DNA from: TPA_inf: Saccharomyces
Lineage: Eukaryota
Length of the DNA stretch: 64,000 nucleotides
Reading direction: 5' to 3'
Assembly (NCBI GenBank): GCA_000146045.2
Contig: BK006949.2
Coordinates: 864,001 to 928,000, forward strand
Notes under the pieces: model-generated
What the model was told of the DNA's origin: nothing
Database searches by the model: none
What the model saw: the letters and a program-made list of their open reading frames with translations, nothing else
Translations under genes and position numbers: made by a program
Shown here: one piece after another, positions 33,361 through 45,732 of the stretch
Layout of the letters: each line of letters starts with the position of its first letter
How positions within the stretch are numbered: the stretch's first letter is position 1

Positions 33361-35667
33361 CTATGCCTGACCAGAGACGGCTACTTGTTGTAAGTGAGTC
33401 ATGAAATTTTGTAAGGAAACATCATCTGTTAAGACAATTGTAGATCCTCCGCGCGCCATGTCTTGATAGTTATCGGAAGGATTCAATTTAGATAACAAGA
33501 ATCTGGCTTGAGAACCACCGGCTTCAGTATCAATGAATCTTGGTAGCGGGAACCTATCTACTAACAATTCTGCGGCTTCTAATTTTGGCTCTTCAAGAAG
33601 AGCTTTGAAATCTGCGTACTGTGGATCGTCTTGGTAACCGGCTTTTCTCCATTGAGCGATTTGCTCACCGTGGTATATTAAGATGAAGAAAAATGTATCT
33701 AATAATAGAATGGTATTGGGTTTGACGGAGATAGAGTCTAATAATACCGGTTGTGGATCGTCCTCCATTGAGAAAGAAGTTAGAGTTGGTTGAATCATGA
33801 TTAAAGAATTAGTCGTATCCTCTCTTGTGAAAATATGTCTATAAAATGCAGTTTCATCCGGAGAATTGTTAAAGACACTTAAGAATTGGGATCTTCTTAA
33901 ATAATAGGTAAATTGAGGATACAGTGAGAAATTTGGAGCCAACCTGAAAGATTGAGGATCATCTTTATTATAGTCGGCGTACTTTTGACATAGCTTAATC
34001 AAAGTTCTGTCTAACCATCTAATAACATCTGCACCATCATCGGTTTCAGCCTTGTGAACAGCAATACGAGCCATCAAAACGGCAGCAGCTTCTTGATCGA
34101 AAGAAGCTGCAATGGCAGGAGTACCGAAGGGCAAAAGCTGGTTTGCGACCGTGGTGACTCTGATACGGTTGGTACCAGAGGAGTGTTGATAAGTAGTGAT
34201 GAATTGAGTATATGCTAGATGAGGTCTATCTGCTGAACCAGGGGCAGACATCATTGGGTTAGAATTAGCCGCAGTGTTTGCAATTTCAAAGAAAATCGCA
34301 TACGAGTGATAAGGCGATAAGGAAGCCATCTTCCAGGTGGACGTTGCACCTATACCGATTTCAGATTCACTGATGTTGTTAGCGTCTGTCTTCTTTACAG
34401 CAGAAGCATGCCCAATCAAACCTTGTACCTTCAAGTCTTTACTTGTCTTGACTGCCATATTACCATTGAAAGCCATCTTCAAATACCCTTCTTCATCCTT
34501 GGCAAACAATCTCAAGTATGATTGCTTAAAAATCGCGGTAGAGAAGGCATCGGTTAGCAACAACACACCTCCAGTAGAGTCGGTCAACTGTTTCATTTCA
34601 GACATACCGATTTGATCGTAACAACCGGCAAAAATATCAACAGTGTGTCCATTGGCGGCAACTCTTTGTGCAATCTGGTTGTAAAACTTACAGGCCTTCT
34701 TGTAATGTTGCGCGTGATCAGAATCGATGTCGTGGTGGGATCTTAAGGGATCTTTTAACTCTGAGTTAACAATCAAACCTGGGGCCACGGTGCCTGGACC
34801 GGAGGCGAAAAGAATGATTCTTGCTGGGATGTTCTTATAGCAGCCCTGTAAAAGCAAAGATGCAATGTTCAAAGCGGAACCTGTGGCCCTTAATGGCCTA
34901 TGACCCGCTGGAACAGACCATTGGTCTGGAGACAGATTTTCCAGTAATTGATTCAGTTTGAACTCGACCTGTTCCAAGGGCAGGAAGAACCTATTCAAAG
35001 AGAAGGGCGTAACTTTGTTCATGGCGTTCGGTAGATGAGATGCAGCACCGCCGGGGCCGGTAGGCTTTTGGCCGGTCAACATTTCCGTCAACGCTTCGAG
35101 CTGGTACTCCCTGTCTCCTCTGAACACGTTGCACCTGTCAATAGTTTCGCTGGACAGATCGTGCAATTGAACAACGTTTCCGTAAGTGATCAACCCAATC
35201 AGCGCGTTGGGAGGTAATAGAGACAAAGAAGTGATGATAGACTCCTTTAGCGAATCGAGGTTCTCGGTTTCCGAAGTCAAATCCACAACAAAGAAGAAAA
35301 TGGGAGGAACGGTAACGGGCTTATTGGTGATGTACTCAATGGTGGTGGACTGTAACTCTAGCGGCATATTCTCCTGTGACAAGTTGGTGTACTGTGGAGG
35401 TAAATGGTTCCTGGAGTTACAGATGGGACAACTCCAGGACGAATTGCGCGGATCAATCACACAGTAAGGATTTAGAATCGACTTACAGTGTGGACCGGAA
35501 CACACAACTGGATTGTATGGGGCAACGTTCAATTCGTCATACTCCTTCAAAGGTGTGTACAAACAGCCCACAGGGACGACGTTGCTGTTAGCGTCGCTTC
35601 TAGTAGAGGGAAACACGTTCCAGGTGAAACGGACCCCGTTGATGTCTTCATTAGTCTCGAAGTCCAT
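33361..35667 (-). CDS. SEC23: COPII coat GTPase-activating subunit Sec23, 768 aa
   Basis: A zinc-finger CxxC...CxxC motif near the N-terminus is followed by trunk, beta-sandwich, helical and gelsolin regions. The first ATG ([17 protein letters not shown]) is confirmed at 35665-35667. Confidence 0.9.
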
Positions 35668-36032
35668 GGCTAGAAAAGAGGAAGGGGAGGCAGGCGACAG
35701 ACAGATAAACACTGGCTTCAGTTAATTGTGTGTCTTGCTGAACGTGGAAAGATCACAACAAGTATCTTTTTTTCTTTTTTCAAACGTGTTTTTCTTTTAT
35801 TCTTGCTAGAACTTTCCTCCTTTGTAACAAACGAGAGGCGGCGGGCTAGTCGTCGCAAGCGACAAATCTCAACTGACAGTAAATAACGGTGATAAAACAA
35901 AATTAGCGCAATCTCTCAAACTACTGAGGACAACCAACTTGAATTGCACTCTTCCAAGTTGTAGCATGGCTTGGGGGGTGTGTGATCCCATCCTGTATTA
36001 TGGCAAAGCAGGCAAAACAACCGCTCTGCCGT

Positions 36033-36040
36033 CCGGGTAA
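36033..36040. promoter_or_regulatory. Reb1 site (CCGGGTAA, i.e. TTACCCGG) in the SEC23/SMX3 divergent promoter
   Basis: The octamer is an exact match. It lies about 155 bp upstream of the SMX3 ATG and about 365 bp upstream of the SEC23 ATG. Confidence 0.4.
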
Positions 36041-36193
36041 CTTTTCTTGTTCCACCTCTTTTCCCCAACATATATGAACATGAGATGGTAAGAGCAAGAA
36101 ACAACGGTTCTATGAGCAACGCAAAAACAGCACAGCACACACAGCACCGCGTACTATACCACACCACACACTACGTCACAACACAACAAGACA

Positions 36194-36454
36194 ATGAGCG
36201 AGAGCAGTGATATCAGCGCGATGCAGCCGGTGAACCCGAAGCCGTTCCTCAAAGGCCTGGTCAACCATCGTGTAGGCGTCAAGCTTAAGTTCAACAGCAC
36301 CGAATATAGAGGTACGCTCGTGTCCACGGACAACTACTTTAACCTGCAGCTGAACGAAGCAGAAGAGTTTGTTGCGGGTGTCTCGCACGGCACCCTGGGC
36401 GAGATATTCATCCGCTGCAATAACGTGCTGTACATCAGGGAGCTGCCGAACTAA
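36194..36454 (+). CDS. SMX3: Sm core protein F (SmF), 86 aa
   Basis: The Sm1 and Sm2 motifs are present ([14 protein letters not shown]...[15 protein letters not shown]). The 86 aa length fits SmF. Confidence 0.9.
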   Translation: MSESSDISAMQPVNPKPFLKGLVNHRVGVKLKFNSTEYRGTLVSTDNYFNLQLNEAEEFVAGVSHGTLGEIFIRCNNVLYIRELPN

Positions 36455-36754
36455 GACGACTGTGCTCATCTCCCTTACATACCAGTATATTTACATACGC
36501 CCTCTACTGTAATACAATATCATTCTATAGCACTCGCATCGCGTATTTTTTTTTTATTTTCTTGCTTTATATTGTTCTATTTTTCTTCCTTATTCCTGCC
36601 TCTGGATTTCCCTCGCATGACAAATAGCGTGGAAAAATAAAGGATTTCCAGTATTTGAAAAATTTTCAGTATTCTTACGTGTTCCTAACTCATATAGACC
36701 GCTATTGTAATAACGCTATCGCTTCAATTACACACAAACATACACGCACCCACA

Positions 36755-37558
36755 ATGAGCATCGAATACTCTGTTATCGTTCCCGCTTACCATGAAAAGC
36801 TGAACATCAAACCCTTAACAACCAGATTGTTTGCCGGCATGAGCCCTGAAATGGCCAAGAAGACCGAGTTGATCTTTGTCGATGACAACTCACAGGATGG
36901 CTCCGTTGAGGAGGTGGACGCCCTAGCTCACCAAGGCTACAACGTCCGCATCATCGTCAGGACAAATGAACGTGGTCTATCCTCCGCCGTGCTTAAGGGT
37001 TTCTACGAGGCCAAGGGTCAGTACCTGGTATGCATGGACGCAGACCTACAACACCCTCCAGAGACCGTGCCCAAGTTGTTCGAGTCTTTGCACGATCACG
37101 CCTTTACTCTGGGCACCAGATATGCCCCAGGTGTCGGCATTGACAAGGACTGGCCTATGTACAGACGCGTCATTTCCTCCACTGCTAGAATGATGGCCAG
37201 ACCTTTGACCATCGCCTCCGACCCCATGAGCGGGTTCTTCGGTCTACAAAAGAAGTACCTCGAAAACTGCAACCCTAGGGACATCAACTCGCAAGGTTTC
37301 AAGATTGCCCTCGAGCTTCTCGCCAAGCTTCCTCTTCCAAGAGACCCTAGAGTGGCGATCGGCGAAGTGCCATTCACTTTCGGCGTGAGAACGGAAGGTG
37401 AATCCAAACTGTCAGGTAAAGTCATTATCCAATACTTGCAACAACTTAAGGAGCTCTACGTCTTCAAGTTTGGCGCCAATAACCTTATCCTTTTCATTAC
37501 TTTCTGGTCCATTCTGTTCTTCTACGTTTGCTACCAGCTATACCATTTGGTCTTTTAA
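36755..37558 (+). CDS. DPM1: Dolichol-phosphate mannosyltransferase, 267 aa, GT2 family with a C-terminal transmembrane anchor
   Basis: The GT2 DxD motif (CMDADLQHPP) is present. The hydrophobic C-terminal tail matches yeast Dpm1. Confidence 0.9.
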   Translation: MSIEYSVIVPAYHEKLNIKPLTTRLFAGMSPEMAKKTELIFVDDNSQDGSVEEVDALAHQGYNVRIIVRTNERGLSSAVLKGFYEAKGQYLVCMDADLQHPPETVPKLFESLHDHAFTLGTRYAPGVGIDKDWPMYRRVISSTARMMARPLTIASDPMSGFFGLQKKYLENCNPRDINSQGFKIALELLAKLPLPRDPRVAIGEVPFTFGVRTEGESKLSGKVIIQYLQQLKELYVFKFGANNLILFITFWSILFFYVCYQLYHLVF

Positions 37559-38043
37559 AGGAAGTGAATGGTAACGAAAAAAAAAAATCTTTCTTTATAT
37601 GTCTCTTTAAGTACTCCCTTTCAGTTATATGCCTTTTATTGTCTGTCCCTATTCTAATCCTCTACTCGGGCCATCATTGTTAACGTAATATTTGCCCTAG
37701 GGTAAAAACATTAGGTTGATTAGGCCATAACTCATTCTGCCCCACCCCCACACATAGGGTTCAGGAACTTGGTTTTCAACCCTACTGCATTGTTTCCCAC
37801 GCGGCGCTACCAAAATATATCCAATTTTCTTTTTTGTCACAACAGCAGCAACCCCTTGAAATGGCCAATTCTTCTCGAGACTTTGCTCCCTTAATCTTTT
37901 CTTCCCCCCCGGTTTCTTGATGATTATATATACTAACCTCGTATATTACACACTGTACTTGAAGTCACTCATATCCGAATACTACTTCTCTTAACTTCCA
38001 GTCAACCCGACACCCACAATCGTCCTTAGTATATAACTGCTTT

Positions 38044-41000
38044 ATGAATAGATCATTACTGCTACGTTTGTCGGATACCGGTGAACCCATTACAAGCTGC
38101 TCTTACGGAAAAGGTGTCTTGACGCTACCACCAATTCCGCTCCCTAAGGACGCCCCAAAGGACCAACCGCTCTATACGGTCAAGCTACTGGTATCTGCAG
38201 GTTCCCCTGTCGCTAGGGATGGGCTAGTTTGGACTAATTGCCCACCAGATCACAACACGCCCTTCAAGAGGGACAAATTTTACAAAAAAATCATTCATTC
38301 CAGCTTTCACGAGGATGACTGCATTGACCTGAATGTCTACGCTCCAGGCTCGTACTGCTTTTATCTATCTTTCAGGAACGATAACGAAAAACTTGAGACA
38401 ACAAGGAAATACTACTTTGTTGCCTTGCCCATGCTTTATATAAACGATCAGTTCCTACCTTTGAATTCCATCGCTTTACAAAGTGTTGTATCGAAATGGC
38501 TGGGCTCTGACTGGGAGCCCATCCTATCGAAAATTGCCGCTAAAAACTACAATATGGTACATTTCACCCCTCTACAGGAAAGAGGCGAGTCTAACTCGCC
38601 TTACTCTATATACGACCAATTGCAGTTCGACCAGGAACACTTTAAGTCTCCTGAAGACGTGAAAAATTTAGTTGAGCATATACATCGCGATTTAAACATG
38701 CTTTCATTAACAGATATTGTTTTTAACCACACAGCTAATAATTCTCCTTGGTTAGTTGAGCACCCGGAGGCTGGGTATAACCACATCACTGCGCCACATC
38801 TAATCAGCGCCATAGAGCTCGACCAAGAATTGCTCAATTTTAGTAGGAATTTGAAATCCTGGGGCTATCCTACCGAACTGAAAAATATAGAAGATCTCTT
38901 CAAGATCATGGACGGTATTAAAGTGCATGTTTTAGGGTCGTTGAAACTGTGGGAATATTATGCGGTAAACGTGCAAACAGCTCTTCGGGATATCAAAGCC
39001 CATTGGAATGACGAATCTAACGAAAGTTACAGTTTTCCCGAGAATATTAAAGACATCTCGTCCGATTTCGTAAAACTAGCTTCCTTTGTGAAGGACAACG
39101 TCACTGAGCCTAACTTCGGCACTCTTGGTGAAAGAAACTCAAACAGGATTAACGTGCCAAAATTTATTCAACTACTGAAGCTCATTAACGATGGTGGTAG
39201 TGATGACAGTGAATCTTCGTTGGCCACGGCTCAAAACATCTTGAACGAGGTCAACTTACCCTTATATAGAGAATACGACGATGATGTCAGTGAGATACTC
39301 GAGCAACTGTTCAATCGTATCAAATATTTGAGATTAGATGACGGTGGGCCCAAGCAAGGTCCAGTGACCGTTGACGTGCCCTTAACAGAGCCTTATTTTA
39401 CGAGGTTCAAAGGAAAAGATGGTACTGATTATGCCCTCGCCAACAATGGCTGGATATGGAATGGTAACCCACTAGTGGATTTTGCATCGCAGAATTCAAG
39501 AGCTTATTTACGTAGAGAAGTTATCGTGTGGGGGGACTGTGTCAAGTTAAGATACGGTAAAAGCCCTGAAGACTCTCCGTATCTGTGGGAAAGAATGTCC
39601 AAGTATATAGAAATGAACGCCAAGATATTTGACGGGTTCAGAATTGACAACTGCCATTCTACTCCAATACATGTTGGCGAATATTTCCTAGATTTGGCAA
39701 GAAAATACAACCCGAACCTATATGTCGTTGCAGAGCTGTTTTCTGGTTCCGAAACACTAGATTGTCTGTTTGTTGAACGGTTGGGTATCTCCTCTTTAAT
39801 CAGAGAGGCAATGCAAGCCTGGTCCGAAGAAGAGTTGTCTAGATTAGTCCATAAGCATGGCGGGAGGCCCATTGGCTCCTATAAGTTTGTTCCTATGGAT
39901 GACTTCTCATATCCTGCGGATATTAATTTAAACGAGGAGCATTGTTTCAACGACTCCAACGATAACTCCATAAGATGTGTATCAGAGATCATGATTCCAA
40001 AGATTTTAACCGCCACTCCGCCACACGCTTTATTCATGGACTGTACCCATGATAATGAAACTCCCTTTGAAAAAAGAACAGTGGAGGATACTTTGCCCAA
40101 TGCTGCATTGGTGGCTCTTTGCTCGTCCGCCATTGGATCTGTTTATGGCTACGACGAAATTTTTCCACATTTACTGAATTTGGTCACTGAAAAAAGACAT
40201 TATGACATTTCTACGCCTACTGGTAGCCCCTCGATAGGAATAACCAAAGTCAAGGCCACTTTGAATTCGATTAGAACGAGTATAGGAGAAAAGGCGTATG
40301 ACATTGAAGACTCAGAAATGCATGTGCATCACCAGGGCCAGTACATTACTTTTCATCGTATGGATGTTAAATCCGGAAAAGGTTGGTACTTGATAGCAAG
40401 GATGAAATTTTCTGACAATGATGACCCTAACGAGACTTTACCACCAGTGGTGTTAAACCAATCCACCTGTTCTCTCAGGTTTTCGTATGCTTTGGAAAGA
40501 GTTGGCGATGAAATTCCCAACGACGATAAATTCATTAAAGGTATTCCCACGAAATTAAAGGAGCTTGAAGGGTTTGACATTTCTTATGATGATTCTAAGA
40601 AGATTTCAACGATAAAACTGCCCAATGAATTCCCTCAAGGATCTATTGCCATTTTTGAGACCCAACAGAATGGTGTGGACGAATCCTTAGATCATTTTAT
40701 AAGGTCAGGTGCTTTAAAGGCCACTTCAAGTTTGACTCTAGAGTCAATAAATTCCGTCTTGTATCGTAGTGAGCCGGAAGAATACGATGTTAGCGCCGGC
40801 GAAGGTGGTGCTTATATTATTCCTAATTTTGGAAAGCCTGTGTATTGTGGTCTGCAAGGTTGGGTTTCCGTATTAAGAAAAATTGTGTTTTACAATGATT
40901 TAGCACATCCCCTCAGTGCAAATTTAAGAAATGGACATTGGGCTTTAGACTACACTATCAGTAGACTTAATTACTATAGCGATGAAGCAGGAATCAATGA

Positions 41001-42654
41001 AGTGCAGAACTGGCTGCGTTCAAGGTTTGATAGAGTGAAAAAGTTACCGAGCTACTTAGTGCCCAGTTATTTCGCCTTAATTATCGGCATCCTCTATGGT
41101 TGTTGTCGCTTAAAAGCAATACAGCTAATGTCCCGTAATATTGGTAAATCTACATTGTTTGTACAAAGCTTATCTATGACATCAATCCAGATGGTTTCCA
41201 GAATGAAGTCAACCTCTATTTTACCAGGCGAAAATGTTCCATCTATGGCTGCAGGGTTGCCACACTTTAGCGTAAACTACATGAGATGTTGGGGGAGAGA
41301 TGTATTCATATCGCTAAGAGGTATGCTATTAACAACAGGTAGATTTGATGAAGCTAAAGCTCATATACTAGCCTTTGCAAAGACTTTGAAGCATGGTTTA
41401 ATTCCAAACTTGCTGGATGCCGGTAGAAACCCGAGATATAATGCTCGTGATGCTGCCTGGTTCTTCTTGCAAGCTGTACAGGATTATGTTTATATTGTTC
41501 CTGATGGCGAAAAAATATTACAAGAGCAAGTAACAAGGAGATTCCCACTGGATGATACTTACATTCCTGTAGATGATCCAAGGGCATTTAGTTACTCTAG
41601 TACCTTGGAGGAGATCATTTATGAAATTTTGAGTAGGCATGCCAAGGGAATTAAATTCAGAGAGGCTAATGCAGGTCCAAATTTAGATCGTGTTATGACT
41701 GATAAAGGGTTTAATGTTGAAATTCATGTCGATTGGTCGACTGGCTTAATTCATGGTGGATCTCAGTATAACTGTGGTACTTGGATGGATAAGATGGGTG
41801 AAAGTGAAAAAGCAGGGTCTGTTGGTATTCCTGGAACACCCAGAGATGGAGCCGCAATAGAAATCAATGGGCTTTTAAAAAGTGCTTTAAGGTTTGTTAT
41901 TGAACTAAAAAACAAGGGATTGTTTAAGTTTTCCGATGTGGAGACGCAGGACGGCGGGAGGATCGATTTCACTGAATGGAATCAATTACTTCAAGACAAT
42001 TTCGAAAAAAGATATTATGTTCCGGAGGATCCATCACAGGATGCAGATTATGACGTGAGCGCTAAATTGGGTGTTAATAGACGGGGGATATACAGAGATT
42101 TGTACAAATCAGGAAAGCCTTATGAAGATTATCAGTTAAGACCAAATTTTGCTATTGCCATGACTGTGGCACCAGAGTTATTTGTGCCTGAGCATGCCAT
42201 AAAAGCAATCACCATTGCAGATGAAGTCTTAAGAGGTCCAGTAGGTATGCGTACTTTAGACCCAAGCGATTACAATTACCGTCCGTACTACAACAACGGA
42301 GAAGATTCGGATGATTTTGCCACCTCAAAGGGTAGAAACTATCACCAAGGCCCTGAGTGGGTCTGGCTTTACGGCTACTTTTTAAGAGCGTTCCATCATT
42401 TCCACTTTAAAACCAGTCCACGTTGTCAGAATGCTGCCAAAGAGAAACCATCCTCTTATTTGTATCAACAATTATACTACAGATTAAAAGGCCATAGAAA
42501 ATGGATTTTTGAAAGTGTGTGGGCAGGATTGACAGAGCTAACCAATAAAGATGGTGAAGTATGCAATGACTCAAGCCCCACGCAAGCCTGGAGTTCTGCT
42601 TGTTTGTTAGATCTATTTTATGATTTATGGGATGCCTACGAAGATGATTCCTGA
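38044..42654 (+). CDS. GDB1: Glycogen debranching enzyme (4-alpha-glucanotransferase plus amylo-1,6-glucosidase), 1536 aa
   Basis: The 1536 aa ORF has GH13-like transferase and GDE C-terminal regions. The size matches Gdb1. Confidence 0.9.
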   Translation: MNRSLLLRLSDTGEPITSCSYGKGVLTLPPIPLPKDAPKDQPLYTVKLLVSAGSPVARDGLVWTNCPPDHNTPFKRDKFYKKIIHSSFHEDDCIDLNVYAPGSYCFYLSFRNDNEKLETTRKYYFVALPMLYINDQFLPLNSIALQSVVSKWLGSDWEPILSKIAAKNYNMVHFTPLQERGESNSPYSIYDQLQFDQEHFKSPEDVKNLVEHIHRDLNMLSLTDIVFNHTANNSPWLVEHPEAGYNHITAPHLISAIELDQELLNFSRNLKSWGYPTELKNIEDLFKIMDGIKVHVLGSLKLWEYYAVNVQTALRDIKAHWNDESNESYSFPENIKDISSDFVKLASFVKDNVTEPNFGTLGERNSNRINVPKFIQLLKLINDGGSDDSESSLATAQNILNEVNLPLYREYDDDVSEILEQLFNRIKYLRLDDGGPKQGPVTVDVPLTEPYFTRFKGKDGTDYALANNGWIWNGNPLVDFASQNSRAYLRREVIVWGDCVKLRYGKSPEDSPYLWERMSKYIEMNAKIFDGFRIDNCHSTPIHVGEYFLDLARKYNPNLYVVAELFSGSETLDCLFVERLGISSLIREAMQAWSEEELSRLVHKHGGRPIGSYKFVPMDDFSYPADINLNEEHCFNDSNDNSIRCVSEIMIPKILTATPPHALFMDCTHDNETPFEKRTVEDTLPNAALVALCSSAIGSVYGYDEIFPHLLNLVTEKRHYDISTPTGSPSIGITKVKATLNSIRTSIGEKAYDIEDSEMHVHHQGQYITFHRMDVKSGKGWYLIARMKFSDNDDPNETLPPVVLNQSTCSLRFSYALERVGDEIPNDDKFIKGIPTKLKELEGFDISYDDSKKISTIKLPNEFPQGSIAIFETQQNGVDESLDHFIRSGALKATSSLTLESINSVLYRSEPEEYDVSAGEGGAYIIPNFGKPVYCGLQGWVSVLRKIVFYNDLAHPLSANLRNGHWALDYTISRLNYYSDEAGINEVQNWLRSRFDRVKKLPSYLVPSYFALIIGILYGCCRLKAIQLMSRNIGKSTLFVQSLSMTSIQMVSRMKSTSILPGENVPSMAAGLPHFSVNYMRCWGRDVFISLRGMLLTTGRFDEAKAHILAFAKTLKHGLIPNLLDAGRNPRYNARDAAWFFLQAVQDYVYIVPDGEKILQEQVTRRFPLDDTYIPVDDPRAFSYSSTLEEIIYEILSRHAKGIKFREANAGPNLDRVMTDKGFNVEIHVDWSTGLIHGGSQYNCGTWMDKMGESEKAGSVGIPGTPRDGAAIEINGLLKSALRFVIELKNKGLFKFSDVETQDGGRIDFTEWNQLLQDNFEKRYYVPEDPSQDADYDVSAKLGVNRRGIYRDLYKSGKPYEDYQLRPNFAIAMTVAPELFVPEHAIKAITIADEVLRGPVGMRTLDPSDYNYRPYYNNGEDSDDFATSKGRNYHQGPEWVWLYGYFLRAFHHFHFKTSPRCQNAAKEKPSSYLYQQLYYRLKGHRKWIFESVWAGLTELTNKDGEVCNDSSPTQAWSSACLLDLFYDLWDAYEDDS

Positions 42655-43217
42655 AAATAGCTAAAGCATAAATTAATTGAACGGTCCCTTTTTGCCACCC
42701 GCTAATACTTTTATTTCTGTTCAACTATATATACATATATATATATTTACATATTTTTACCTCCCTATCTCTATTGATAATAAAACAAATAAAAATCGTA
42801 TATTTTTGTATATGTATTATCGTTTTGAGGAGCGAGAGCGAAAACGAAAATAAAAGAAATAAAGGGAACACACGTGAAAGTGAAGGACAGCACCAACCAA
42901 GGGGGACAAAACGCGTCAGAGCAAGAGGTGAAAGGGTTGCCACGTACGTATTTGAACCGGAGTGAGCCGTTTGCGTGTTACAATCAATTCGATATCTTTG
43001 TTGTTTTGTTTAATTCGCTAAGATCTAAGTTTTTAACTAAGTGAGCAGCGGCAGTTACAGAAAGAGGCGAGAAGTAGAAACAAGGGTGTATAGATTTTCG
43101 TTACCTCACATAGATATAGAACGAATTCATAGGTACCAAATACATTCCACTTACACCTTCCAGGCTCAAGTCTTGAAAAGAAAGCAGAACATACAGCCCG
43201 GTTGAATAGCATGAGTC

Positions 43218-45434
43218 ATGGTTGCCGAAGAGGACATCGAGAAGCAAGTCCTTCAATTGATAGACAGCTTTTTTCTGAAGACTACACTACTAATATGCTC
43301 CACCGAATCAAGTCGATACCAGTCTTCTACAGAAAATATATTCCTATTTGACGACACATGGTTTGAAGATCACTCAGAATTAGTGAGTGAGCTACCCGAG
43401 ATAATATCAAAATGGTCTCACTACGATGGTCGAAAAGAGTTGCCACCCTTAGTGGTAGAGACATATTTGGATTTAAGACAGTTAAACTCGTCTCATTTAG
43501 TTAGATTAAAGGACCACGAAGGCCATTTGTGGAACGTTTGCAAAGGAACTAAGAAGCAGGAAATCGTGATGGAACGTTGGCTTATCGAATTAGATAATTC
43601 ATCCCCAACTTTCAAATCATACAGTGAAGATGAGACTGATGTTAATGAACTTTCTAAACAGCTAGTCCTTCTCTTCCGTTATTTGTTGACTTTAATACAG
43701 TTACTACCCACAACAGAATTATACCAATTATTAATAAAGTCTTATAACGGCCCGCAAAATGAAGGAAGTTCCAATCCAATAACTTCCACGGGCCCACTAG
43801 TAAGTATCCGGACGTGTGTCCTTGACGGATCTAAACCAATTTTATCGAAGGGGAGAATAGGGTTGAGCAAACCGATTATTAATACATATTCCAATGCGCT
43901 TAACGAATCAAACCTGCCAGCCCATTTAGATCAAAAGAAGATCACACCTGTATGGACAAAGTTTGGACTCTTAAGAGTCTCGGTATCATACAGACGTGAT
44001 TGGAAGTTTGAAATTAACAATACAAACGACGAATTATTTTCAGCTCGACATGCATCTGTCTCACATAACTCACAAGGACCCCAGAATCAGCCAGAACAAG
44101 AAGGACAAAGTGATCAAGACATAGGGAAACGCCAACCACAATTTCAACAGCAGCAGCAGCCCCAACAGCAGCAGCAGCAGCAGCAACAGCAACAGAGACA
44201 ACACCAGGTCCAGACACAACAACAAAGACAGATACCTGATAGGAGATCTCTTTCACTTTCTCCTTGTACAAGAGCCAATTCTTTTGAACCACAATCTTGG
44301 CAGAAGAAAGTCTATCCAATATCGAGACCTGTTCAACCATTTAAAGTTGGTTCAATTGGAAGTCAAAGTGCGAGCAGAAATCCCTCTAATTCATCGTTTT
44401 TCAACCAACCACCTGTTCATAGGCCAAGTATGAGCTCCAACTACGGGCCACAAATGAATATTGAAGGTACCAGTGTTGGAAGCACCTCAAAGTATTCCTC
44501 CTCCTTTGGGAACATTCGTCGTCACTCAAGTGTAAAGACGACAGAGAATGCTGAAAAAGTATCAAAAGCTGTAAAGAGCCCACTACAACCTCAAGAATCA
44601 CAAGAAGATTTAATGGATTTTGTTAAATTACTCGAAGAAAAACCCGATCTAACTATAAAGAAGACAAGTGGAAATAATCCACCCAATATCAATATTTCTG
44701 ATTCTCTAATCAGATATCAGAATTTGAAGCCAAGTAATGACTTATTAAGTGAAGATTTATCCGTAAGTTTATCCATGGATCCAAATCATACATATCACAG
44801 AGGCAGATCAGATTCCCACTCACCATTGCCTTCAATATCCCCTTCGATGCATTATGGATCGTTGAACTCGAGAATGTCTCAAGGCGCCAATGCAAGCCAT
44901 TTGATTGCAAGAGGCGGTGGGAATTCATCTACTAGTGCCTTGAATAGTAGAAGGAATTCTTTAGATAAGAGCTCAAACAAGCAGGGTATGTCAGGCTTAC
45001 CTCCTATTTTTGGTGGAGAGAGTACTTCATATCACCACGACAACAAAATACAAAAGTACAACCAATTAGGAGTAGAAGAAGATGATGATGACGAGAATGA
45101 CCGTTTGCTCAACCAAATGGGAAACAGTGCTACAAAATTCAAAAGTTCAATATCTCCAAGATCAATTGATAGCATTTCAAGTTCTTTCATAAAAAGTAGG
45201 ATACCTATCAGACAACCATACCATTACTCTCAACCAACTACTGCGCCCTTTCAAGCTCAGGCGAAATTTCATAAACCTGCAAATAAGTTAATCGATAATG
45301 GTAATAGGAGTAATAGTAACAATAACAATCATAATGGGAATGATGCAGTTGGTGTGATGCATAATGACGAGGATGATCAAGATGATGATCTAGTATTTTT
45401 CATGAGTGATATGAACCTTTCTAAAGAAGGTTAA
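43218..45434 (+). CDS. ATG13: Autophagy protein Atg13, 738 aa
   Basis: An N-terminal HORMA-like region is followed by a long Ser-rich disordered region containing a polyQ tract. The 738 aa length matches Atg13. Confidence 0.85.
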   Translation: MVAEEDIEKQVLQLIDSFFLKTTLLICSTESSRYQSSTENIFLFDDTWFEDHSELVSELPEIISKWSHYDGRKELPPLVVETYLDLRQLNSSHLVRLKDHEGHLWNVCKGTKKQEIVMERWLIELDNSSPTFKSYSEDETDVNELSKQLVLLFRYLLTLIQLLPTTELYQLLIKSYNGPQNEGSSNPITSTGPLVSIRTCVLDGSKPILSKGRIGLSKPIINTYSNALNESNLPAHLDQKKITPVWTKFGLLRVSVSYRRDWKFEINNTNDELFSARHASVSHNSQGPQNQPEQEGQSDQDIGKRQPQFQQQQQPQQQQQQQQQQQRQHQVQTQQQRQIPDRRSLSLSPCTRANSFEPQSWQKKVYPISRPVQPFKVGSIGSQSASRNPSNSSFFNQPPVHRPSMSSNYGPQMNIEGTSVGSTSKYSSSFGNIRRHSSVKTTENAEKVSKAVKSPLQPQESQEDLMDFVKLLEEKPDLTIKKTSGNNPPNINISDSLIRYQNLKPSNDLLSEDLSVSLSMDPNHTYHRGRSDSHSPLPSISPSMHYGSLNSRMSQGANASHLIARGGGNSSTSALNSRRNSLDKSSNKQGMSGLPPIFGGESTSYHHDNKIQKYNQLGVEEDDDDENDRLLNQMGNSATKFKSSISPRSIDSISSSFIKSRIPIRQPYHYSQPTTAPFQAQAKFHKPANKLIDNGNRSNSNNNNHNGNDAVGVMHNDEDDQDDDLVFFMSDMNLSKEG
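44146..44196 (+). repeat. CAG/CAA (polyglutamine) tract inside ATG13
   Basis: The run caacagcagcagcagccccaacagcagcagcagcagcagcaacagcaacag encodes QQQQQPQQQQQQQQQQQ. Confidence 0.85.
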
Positions 45435-45732
45435 AAATGGTAAAGTTTTATTTTAAAGGGCACAACTAAAGAAAAATAATCAAAAAAAAGGTGAAATAGA
45501 TATGCAAGAAAAGAAAAAAAAATACAATACTAGTAAACTGAAATAAAAAAGATTAGCCATAATGGATTTGTTTCTCTTTGTTATCGATATTCTTACCTCT
45601 TGAAGATCCATGTGTCTATCATTTGAATTGAATATATAATTATATACAGTGAGATATACCAATTGCAGTAACAAAATGGCAAATATGTATATCAGTAATA
45701 TAATTAGCATATAAAATAAAAAAAAAAAATGC

